Shown one piece after another: positions 53,621 through 64,000 of a DNA stretch of 64,000 nt. The position numbers and the translations under genes are program-made. This stretch comes from Camelus ferus (taxonomy: Eukaryota): the NCBI RefSeq assembly GCF_009834535.1, contig NC_045698.1:5768001-5832000 (forward strand), written 5' to 3'. Each line of letters opens with the position of its first letter. Positions within the stretch are counted from its first letter, which is position 1. The notes under the pieces are model-generated. The model saw only the letters and a program-made list of their open reading frames with translations, had not been told where the DNA came from and ran no database searches.

Positions 53621-54809
53621 CCCTATTTTTTAATGATGCAACTCATTTAAAATAGATTAAAATATTAAAATTAAAATATCAATTCTTCCTTAGCTATCAT
53701 TTCATAAAGCTTCAGCCAGTAACTCAAAATATTGCAATAGTATTGGCTTAAACCTCTATAACGTAAAATTTACCCAAATTTATTATAAGGGTAGAATGAT
53801 TTATGGGGTACTGTTACTTTCCTCACATGAGAAATGACACCCCGCCCTCCCCTTCCAATAAAGATTTTCTATGATTCCATTCACCTAAAATCACGGTAGA
53901 ATTCTTTGAAGAAAGTCCGTGTTCTGAGATAAAGCACAGGCACTCTTGACAGGCCTGACCTGGCTGGTCTTAATAATGTCGGAATTTGCTAGGAAATAGT
54001 TTAATCTACCCCAGATTCTCTGCTCATTTTATCGTGTACTTTTTTTGAGGATTCATCTCCATTAATTATTAACTTGGAATTACCTAAGCAATACTATCTT
54101 AGTAGTTCTGCTAATTGTTCATGTGCTTTAAAAACAGGAATCAACACTTCCCTTTTGAATATTTAAAAAACTTCTTTAGCCAGGTTCCTAGCACAATTCA
54201 GTTAGTTTTATCTGCTGGCAAAAATAGAGATACTGTGCCAAAGGCATTACTGTAGAAGTAGTCAAACCTGCAAGTAAAGCATGTTTCAGTAAAGCAGTGG
54301 ACCGAATGAATGCCCAGAGTCATGATGTATTTATTTCAACTCAGAGCAATTGCACCAATCTGCCTTCTGGTCGGCATCAGCTGGGGCCACAGGCTCACAG
54401 GGACCCTTCTATGGCTGTATGCCTCCTAGAGATGGTTTCAGACCCTGATCTGTGTCGGAGTCTATTTCAGGAGTTCCTGGATCCACCTGGGAATTTCAAC
54501 GTTTATAAAATAGGTTGTTATCTCCTTCTGTACTAGGAACTATTAAAGACATTTTCCCTTATATCTAGAATTCTAATTTGTGTCAGTATTTTTTTTTCTC
54601 CTTGAAACTAACTTTGTATGAATTTTGTTTAAAAACATCAGTGGCATTTTGAAATGTAGAATTACTGTATAGCAGGTACGGATTTTAGTTTCATATGTTA
54701 CGTACTGTTGCTTAGTTCTAGAATCCAGGGCAACCTGATGTTAGCCAGAAGTTCCTCTTCACTCTGTTGTAAAATTGTTCCAATGTTTATTGCTTAACGA
54801 CTGAGCGGC

Positions 54810-55020
54810 GGTTGAGATGTGGCGGGGCAGACTGAACTTCGGAGCCACGCCCACCTAACTTTTAATCACACGTTTGCTGCGTATACCTTGGCAAGTCATT
54901 TATATCACTAGTTCTCAATTTTACCACCTTCAAAACCCAAATGAATCTTACCTCACAAGACTTGTGAAGGATGTGTGAAATAAGAAGGATTTGGAACTTC
55001 AAGTGTGTGCTCACCACATG
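54810..55020 (+). mobile_element. MIR
   Basis: ggagccac...taccttggcaagtcattt...tctcaatttt...tacctcacaagacttgtgaagga. Confidence 0.7.
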
Positions 55021-57809
55021 CAAATTTCCATGCCCTACGGATACATTTAACAGAATTCAGCTTGGAGAATCCCCAATCTTTCATTCTCTCACTAAGTATT
55101 TATTCAGATTTCAGTTCTGTGAAAACATGTCAGTTGCATGATTCCTCAAACTTGCTTGAGTTATTCTTAAATCTTATGGCCTTTATATCATTCCTATATT
55201 TACAAATCGACAGATTTTGGTAGGTCCTGTCGGTTCCCTGCCCAACAGACATCTCCATCTCAGTGTCATTTAAAAAGGCCCTACATTAAGGGGTAAGAGG
55301 TCCACACGGGGGCATGAGGGAAGGCTTGCTTCCATGAAGGCAGGCAGATCCCTTGCAGGGAACATCTCTAGAGAGACACTAGACTGAAATATACAGTCAC
55401 AGTCCCTGAGACAAGAGGGTCAAGAAGACTGTAAAGGCACCTATGACACCTTTGATAAGTATCTATCATCTCACTCAGTCCTTATAAAAGCCCTAAAAAG
55501 GGAGGTATAGCTGTGCTGCTAATTATGAATTCCTTTACATTGAAACTTAGAAACAGAGACCTTAGCCATACAGTCAAATACCTTCTTCTAATGAAGAAAT
55601 GATAATTATACAGCAAGCTATTTCCTTTGTCAAATAAGCGAATATTATTTTTGCTTTATACAGTATTACTTAGTAACTGGGTTTATTATTCTGTCCAGAC
55701 ATGTCACCTTCTTTAAAGAATTTAAGGTCTCTGGAAATAGAGTCTTAGTTACTTGAAGAATTTAACCGTTAAATAACTTAGTCATATATCTGACCTTATG
55801 GTAAAACTATACATACCTAGAACTCAAAAAAAAAAAAAAAAGAGAGAGAAAAGGCCAAAAAATTGCCCTCTGAATTGCCATCAGAAGTCACTAAAGATAT
55901 GTCATAAAACCCAATAATATTTTTCATTAACCTTGGGATTCAATTCTGCTTTGACCCTAAACCTCCAGATTCTGTGACATGCAAGCCCACGGTGGTTAGA
56001 GGGGAAAAAACCAAAAACAAAAAACAGAAGGTAAGGGAGAGACTGTTTAAGGAAACCCGTTCCTGCTCACAGCTCAATAGCAACGGCAAAGGAAGAAACG
56101 TAATAGAAGGCAAAACCAAGAGCTCAAAAAGCATAACATTTCGGACCAGTTGATACAGGGACAAAGACACTCGTACTTAAACAAGACTTGATGGTATGAT
56201 GAGTCACAGGGCTAGCCTGGAAGCCTGTTCTATAATAGACTGCATTTGAAAGCAGTGAATTGATAATATATTTTGAATTATTTTCATTTTAAATGACTTA
56301 GACTGAAAAATGATGATGTGGAGTTAAAAGTAAACTTTGAAATTTGACCTGTTATATGTTGTACAAATTCACACAATTAAAAAAAATGCTTTATTGTCAT
56401 CACTTGGGTTTTTTGGATATGTAAGAAGGGATTTCTCTACCTCATGCCAATTCTTAAAATTTATTTGTCTTTCTCTACCCAAAACTCTCAACAAATCTGG
56501 AGGGAGGTAAAAAGTAAAGATGCTGCTGCTTGACGTCCTGGGTTTACAGCACCTGCACCAGGTCTAGAGTGAAAACAAGTGATGCGCTACGACCCCGGGC
56601 TACAGGGCGTCATACCGGGCCTTAAATCCCGGCAGCGGAGGCCACGCGTGCCTCATTCTCTGCCTAGCACTTCGCACAGACCAACTCCAGCCCCTACACA
56701 TACGCTGCTGGACTAGCCCTCAGAGGATGCATTCTGATCATTCATGATGGATCAGTCTGTGGCTGTGATAGAAGGGCTATAAAGACAAGAGAGAGAAGAG
56801 CTCTGAAGAATATATGATATATCCTGGAATATAGTGGTAGAAGCTGCTGTGGGCCTACAGTGCTGCCAGCTGGGTAGTTACTCAAGGAGTCAGCAAAGAA
56901 GGAGGGAAAGCTCCATTGGCTGAAAACGAACTTTAAAAGCCCTGAAGTGGCTTTACTTACCAGGATGCTTTTCAAATTCTCCTTCTGATTGCTCTTTTTT
57001 CAATTTTTTTTTCCAGGTTTGGTGTCATTCTGAATGAATGTTTGCTTTTTTCCTTTCTTTCTTTTCCTTAACCTGCACTTACTTGATTGAGGAATGATGT
57101 CAAGTCTGATAAAAAAAATAAACTTTTATAGTTATATCAATGGACATAGACCTAAGAATACACTCCTTCCTGAATGGAGGTTCACACCCAGAGTACAGAT
57201 CCAACAATTTCAAGGAAAACCAAACCAAGCTTTACAGGTACTTCCCCCAGCCACCCTTAGACCTTACAGTTTTCATTTCATTATATTGTGACATTGCTGC
57301 CTTTTTATTTCTAAGCCTTAAAATACAGGTAACAATCTTCTCACCTGTGAATAACTCAGAGTGAAAGAATTAATGAGAATTTATTAAGAGTAAAGAAAAT
57401 GGGAGTAAATAAGTTCTCAGGCAAAAGTGTAAGTGCATCCTTCTCCGGCCCATCTGCGGTATCTCACTGACAGAAACAGTGCCCCTTTGACTTCTCCTCC
57501 ATGTCTCCCAACACCCCTCCCAACTTCGTATCTTCTGTTGCTTTAGGATAACTGTGTAAACGGTTTTCACCCAGGAGATATATTCCTTCCGGGCTGAAAT
57601 AGTTAAGAACAGGCCTGTTTTCTCCACGCTCTCTTCCCCGACCCCCAGCTACATGTCAGTGCCCACAGGGGTTTTAGGAGACACATACTGATGATATCCC
57701 GTGAGCCTGGGTCCTCCAGCCCATTCCCTTCTGGTCGCACCAGGCATCAGTAACACCCACGTGGGGCTGTTCCAGGAGCTAAAAAACACCTAAAAATATC
57801 TTCTTAGTA

Positions 57810-58025
57810 TGTTTAGTATCTGTAGGATGCAGAGTGATGTCTTCTTCTTCCTTACTGGAGTTAGTAATTTCTGCCTTCTCTTTCCCTTTGTTTTTTTCTT
57901 GATGGGTTTCACCAGGAATTGATCAATATTGTTAGCCTTTTCAAAGAATTGATTTGTGTGCTTCACTGATTCTATCTTGTTTTGTATTTTATTAGTTTAT
58001 ATGTTTTTTTCTTTCATTCACTTTC
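57810..58025 (-). mobile_element. Older L1M ORF2 fragment
   Basis: tgatcaatattgttagccttttcaaagaa is antisense L1 ORF2-like. Confidence 0.6.
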
Positions 58026-58029
58026 ACAT

Positions 58030-61000
58030 TTTCTATTTTTTAACTGAAATATAATTGAGATAACATTGCATTAGTTTCACGTGTATGATTCAATATTTGT
58101 TTATATTGCAAAATGATCACCACAATAAGTTCAGTTAACATCTGTCACCACACATAATTATAAAAAGATTATGTGTGTGCAATGAGAACTTTCAAGATCC
58201 AATCCCCTAGCTACTTTAGCTACTGTCAAGTACGCAATAGAGGATTAACTATAGTTACCACACTCTATACAACATCCCTATGATTTATTCATTTTATGGC
58301 TGGAACCTTGTGCCCTTTGACTCTCTTCACCCATTTCACTCCCTACTGCCCAAGTACCTGCCTCAGGCAAACACCGATCTATTTTCTATATCCATGAGCT
58401 CAGTTTTTTTTTTTAGATTCCACATATAACCGAGATCATACAATATTTATCTTTTTCTGTCTGACTTATTTTACTTAGAATAATACCCTCAAGGTCCATA
58501 CATGCTGTCGAAAATGGCAAGATTCCATTATTTTTATGGCTAATGGCATACTGTATGTATAACACATCTCCGTTATCTGTTCACCCGTTAATGGACATTT
58601 AGGTTGCTTCCACATCTTGTCTATTATAAACAATGCTTTAATGAACATGGGGTGCATATATCTTTTTGAGTTTGTGTTTAAGTTTTCTTTGAATAAATAC
58701 CCAGAAGTAAAATTGCTAGATCATATAGTAGTTCTATTTTTAATTTTTAAATGAATTTCCATAACATTTTCCATAGTATCTGCACCAAACTACATTCCCA
58801 CTAACAGCACACAGTGGTTTTCTTTTTTCCACATCCCACTAACACTTGTTATTTCTTGTCATTTTGGTATTAGTCATTCTAGCAGGTGTGAAGTGATATC
58901 TCACTGTGGTTTTGATTTGCATTTCTGTGAAAATTAGTGACGCTGAGCAACCTTTTAGTACCTGTTGGCCATCTGTATGTCTCATTTTAAAAATCAGATT
59001 GTTAGGGTTTTTTTTGCCATTGAGTTGTATGAGTTCTTTATTTTGGATATTAACCCACTATCAGAAATATGATTTGCAAATATTTTCTCCCGTTTGATGG
59101 GTTGCCTTTTCTTTTTTGTTTATGGTTTCCTTTGCTATGCAGGGTATTTTTAGTTTGATATAGTCCCACTTGCTTATTTTTACTTTTTTTCACCTTTGAT
59201 TTTGGTGTCTAATCCAAAAAGTCATTGCCAAGACCGATGTCAAGGAGCTTACTATGTTTTCTTTTAGGATTTTTATGGTTTCATCTCTTACATTTAAGTC
59301 CTTAGTCCCATTTTGAGTTAATTTTTGTGTGTTGTGTAAGACTGTGGTCCAGTTTCATTCTTTTGCATGTGGCAATCCTATTTTCCCAACACTATTTATT
59401 GCAAAGACTATCCTTTCCCCAGTGTATATATATTTTCTTGGCTCCTTTCTTGTAAATTAATTGTCTGTATATGTTTGGGTTTATTTCTAGGAACTCTGCT
59501 CTGTCCCGTTAATCTATGTGTCTGTTTTTGTGCCAACACCGTCCTGTCTTGATTACTATAGCTTTGTCATACAGTTTGAAATCAGGGAGTGTGATGCCTC
59601 CAGCTTAGTTCTTCCTCAAACTTGCTTAGTCCACTTGGGGTCTTTTCTAATTCCATGCAAATTTTAGGATTGCTTTTATATTTCTGTGAAAATTGCCATT
59701 AGGAATTTGATAGAGATTGCATTAGATCTGTCGATTGATTCGGGAAGTATGGACATTTAAACAATATTAATTCTTCCAATCCATGAGCATGGAATACTTT
59801 TTTCATTATTTGTGTCTTCTTCATAAATGTCTTACAGTTTTCAGTGTACAGATATATTACTTTCCTGGTTAGATTTATTTATAGGTGCTTTATTCTTTCT
59901 GAAGCATTTGTAAATGGGGTTTCTTTCTTAATTTGTTTTTCTGATAGTTCATTATTACTGTTTAGAAATATAACAAATTTTTGTATAATAATTTTGTGTC
60001 TTTCCACTTTACTGAATTCATTTATTAGTTCTAGCAGATGTTTTGGTGGCATCTTTAGTGTTTTCCACGTATAACATTATGCTGTCTGCAAAGAGTGGCA
60101 GTTTTACGGCTTCCTTTCCAATTTGGATGCCTTTTGTATCTTTTTCCTGACTAATTGCTCTGGTTAGTACTTCTAATGCTACATTGAATAAAACTTGTGA
60201 GAGTAGGCATCTTTGACTTGTCCCTGATCTTGGAGAAAAAGCTTTTAGCTTTTTAACATTGAGTATGATAGTATCTGTGAGCTTGTCATACATGACCTTT
60301 ATTATTTCGGCATCTGTTTCTTCTATATCCTATATGTGTTAATATGTGTGTTAATATGTGTTAATAGCTTTATCATAAATGGATGTTCAATTTTGTCAAA
60401 TGCTCATTCTGAATCTATTGAGATGAGTATATGATTATTTATCTTTTGTTAATGCGCCATGTCATATTAATTGGTAGATATTGAACCATCTTTTCATCCC
60501 TGGAAAAATCCAAATTGATCATGGTGTATGATTCTTCAAATGCATTGTTGAATTTAGTTTGCTAATATTTTGTTCATCAGGGATATTGGCCTGTAATTTT
60601 CTTTTCTTATTGTGTCCTTGTCTGATTTTGGTATCAGGGAAATGCTGGCCTCATAAATGAGCTTGGAAGCGTTCTCTCTTCTTCTATTTTTTTGTAAGAC
60701 TTTGAGAAGGATTGGTATTGACTCCTTTTTGAATGTTTGGCAGAAATTACCAGTGAAGCTGTCTGGTCCTGGACTTTTTTTGTTGGGAGGTTTTTAATTC
60801 CTGATTTAATCTCCTTACTAGCAATTGAGCTGGTCAGATTTTCTATTTATTCATGATTTAGTCTTGGTAGTTTGTATGTTTCTAGGAATTTATCTGTTTC
60901 TTCTAAGCTGTCCAATTTTTTGACATTTAATTTTTAACAGTAATCTTTTATGATCCTTTGTATTTGTGTGATATCAGTTACTATCTTTTCCAAATTTGGT

Positions 61001-61740
61001 ATCTTTCTCTTTTTTTCTTGCTGAGTCTAGCTAAAGGCTTATCAGTTTTGTTTGTCTTTTCAAAGAACCAGGTCTTAATTCCTTCCTTCTGTTAACTTTT
61101 GGCTTCATTTGTTCTTCTAGTTCCTTGAGGTACAAAGTTAAGTTGCTTAAATTAGATTTTTTTCTTTTTTATTGATGTAGGCATTTATCACTATATACTT
61201 CCCTTTACAATTTCTTTTGCTGGCATCCCATTGGTTTTGGAATGTGGCATTTCCATTTTCATTTGTCTTAAAGTAGTTTTTGATTTCTCTTTTTATTTAT
61301 TCTCTGTTCGATTTGTTGTTGAGTAGCATGTTGTTTAACATCCACATGTTTGTAAATTTTCCATTTTCTCCATTGTGGTTGGAGAAGAAACATTGGGTTG
61401 TGATATGATTTCAACCTTCTTAAATGTATTAAGACTTGTTTTGTGGCCTAAGATATGATCAGCCCTAGAGCATGTTTCATGTGCACTTGAGAAGAATGTG
61501 CATTCTGTTGCTTTTGGATAAAATGTTCTGTGTGTATCTGTTAAGTCCATCCGCACCAATGTATTGTTCAAGGCTGATGGTTCCTTATTGATTTTATCTT
61601 AATGATTTATCTACTGATGTAATTTGGCTATTAAAGTCCCCTAATATTATTGTATTGTTGTTTCTCTCTTTAGGTCTGTTAATATTTATTTTAAATATTT
61701 AGGTGCTCCTATATTAGACACATAAGTATTAATAAATAAA
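58030..61740 (-). mobile_element. L1 (L1MA-type), 3' UTR plus most of a disrupted ORF2
   Basis: RT remnant at 60018-60293 (KAFSPRSGTSQRCLLSQVLFNV...LPLFADSIMLY), endonuclease remnant at 61335-61571 (TFFSSAHETCSRADHILGHK), C-terminal remnant at 58475-58657. Confidence 0.95.
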
Positions 61741-63039
61741 TACTACATTCTCTTTTTGGATATAATAATATACGTTTACAAACTTGTATAAATAAATATA
61801 AAAGATATAGTTTTATTGTGTTAAATTTCTGAAACTTGTGAGTTATCTGTAATAACACTGACATCACCCTGTATGACAGAGACTTGCACTAAATCCTAAC
61901 TCTGACTATGGTGTACACTGTTTGATACTCTATTAAAGTGACTTGAAACTTCACAGAGTGGATTTGAGAAGCATTGTGGGGAGAAGGTGGGAATCCAGAC
62001 AGGAGGTCATTCAGTTTTCTGGAATTACAACTAGCCCCACAGGAAACTTGAGGCTCAATACATGTGTTTTTCAATCTCATTTTTGGTCTTCATCTAAAAG
62101 TAGGCAATTTATGTGATTGAACCTCTATTTTCTTCTCCTATCCTGCTACATTTGAGGAATAAATGGAGATCTGAAGGAGAAATTTGGAATTAGAAAGCTG
62201 GGATTCATAAATTCACTACTAACAAGAGACATATTGTTGCCAAAATGATAAAGAGATATACAGTTTCCGCTTCACAAGAGTATATCTGTGTCAAAGAAAT
62301 GTATTTCCATCCTGTGCACATAAAATAAAATGTATGAATGTAACATAGTATGGTCTCTGAAGAAACAATCCTTTTTAATATTTCTAAAACATGCCTGTTT
62401 TTCTGGAGTTCTTCCAGGAATAAATTAAAATGTTAAGCTTTTATGATTCCTATCTTTTATTATGGTTCATTTGTGCAGATAATTCTCCTTAATGAGATGA
62501 TACCCATGGGCCAGGCCATATTCTTTAGAGAAGCATCAATGCTTGACACTTGTGTCTCCTGGAAGTACCATGGTCAGTTCCCTGTGCAGGGGCAGGGAGG
62601 GCCTTCCTGTTTAGGTGCAGGTGTAGGGTTGAGCCCGCCTGCTGAGGAAGTCAGCTACGTGCAGGATCCAGGCAGTTCTAGAACTTGACAATGGACCAGG
62701 GGATTCTGCCCTCTGTGCACTGCACACTTGCCTCAGAGGGTCAGGGACTGAAAGTCAATCAGAGAAGGCCCAAGAGTCGTGGTAGAATAAACAACAATCA
62801 GTTCACTTAGGTGGACTACAAAGTTAATACTAAACAGCCAGCTTTCATGCTTCACCAAGCCATGTTTAATTCTGCAATGGTCCCATTCCAGCTTCTGGAA
62901 TAGGGATGTTGAGACCTGCCCTTAAGTGTGATGCTCCTTGTTGGCCTAAATCTCAGAGAAGATTGGATAGCAGTATTTTGCAAGTCTCTGGTTATTCTGG
63001 GTCCTTCAGTTAAATGCCTACGAACCTCTCCATCTGTAA

Positions 63040-63795
63040 AAATCACAACCGCATCTTCCCCGTTGCTTAAGTGAAACCTTCGGAAGCACCCTTCACACCA
63101 TTACTTTGTGAGAAGCCTGTCTGCACCGCCTTCAGAATGTCTCCACAACTGCCCGCTTCCCCTCACCCCCCACAGCCCCACTCTGGTCTGAGTCATCAGC
63201 ACCCCTTGCCTGGATGATTGCAACAGTCTTTGAGGGATTGCCGGTGCCTCTGCTTTAGGCCTGCCTTTCTACAGTCTATTATTAACAAAACTGGGATCTT
63301 TAAATGTACGAAAATTTCCCTCCTTTGATCAGTCCCTTTCATTGGTTTCTAACTCATTCAAGGTAAAAACAAAGTCCTCTTAAAATGGCCTCTCAGGTCC
63401 CAGCCTGTGGGTTTTCCCTAATTTTTTGAGATCTTTCCTTCCACCGCTCTTCCTCTTGATCATTCCATTGACCTCTCCTGCTGTTCCCAGCACACTCCAG
63501 GCTTGCTCCCAACTTGGGGTCCAGGCCCAGCTGCTCTCTGTGCCCAAGTGCTCCTTCTCCAGTCAACCACATGCCCTCTCCCATCAGGATATTAACTCTC
63601 TGTTTACACTCTCTGCTTTATTTTTCCTTTAGGACTTACCAATATTTTACATATTCCATATTAAAGTTTTTCATATTTGTCTCTTTATAGGCATATAAGG
63701 ATGTAGAATTTTGTCTGCTTCACTGCTACATCCCAATGCCTAGATGGTGGCTGGTGGGCAGTAGGTGCTGAGTAAATGTATGTTCAATATGGGAC
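63040..63795 (+). mobile_element. L2 element with 3' tail
   Basis: cttgcctggatgattgcaacagtc, ggtaaaaacaaagtcct and cactgctacatcccaatgcctaga...gtaggtgctgagtaaatg. Confidence 0.8.
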
Positions 63796-64000
63796 TTGTA
63801 TGAATCATACAAATGTTTTATCCACAAAAGGACTGCTATTGCTGCTATGTGTTGTCAAAGTAATAGCAAGTTCACAGTAAGTATTTATACTTTACATTAA
63901 AAGCTTGCATGTATCTCTTAGGTCCAATTCTGTGCTGATTTTGTTTTACATTGAAATGAGGAGAAGGGACAAAAGTAAAATTGTTATCTCTCAGTTTCCT

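Noticed and set aside
60332..60365. Short tandem tatgtgttaa repeats
   Set aside because: Local slippage inside a dead L1; not a CRISPR-like or functional array.
1..64000. CRISPR arrays, rRNA/tRNA genes, prokaryotic operons
   Set aside because: The sequence is mammalian. I saw no regularly spaced repeat-spacer arrays or recognisable structural RNA genes.

Overview
Mammalian genomic DNA, probably camelid. That assignment is inferred from the style of the young L1 3' ends and from finding no Alu, B1, Bov-tA, CHR or PRE SINEs. The left end holds the 5' region of an unidentified minus-strand gene: a CpG-island promoter at about 4.0-4.9 kb whose first exon would encode only Met-Glu-Ser, and a second ATG-only exon candidate at 1461-1463. 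The remaining ~59 kb looks intergenic and is dense in repeats: L1, L2, MIR, MaLR/ERVL/ERV1 solo LTRs, hAT and Tigger DNA transposons, and microsatellites. I could not recognise any intact multi-exon coding gene. The most unusual stretch is 19.15-19.6 kb, a repeat-free degraded minus-strand reading frame with collinear, twilight-zone resemblance to the N-terminal lobe of filovirus nucleoprotein. It is a candidate non-retroviral endogenous viral element and needs a homology search. Repeat family names come from recalled consensus sequences, and most boundaries are approximate.
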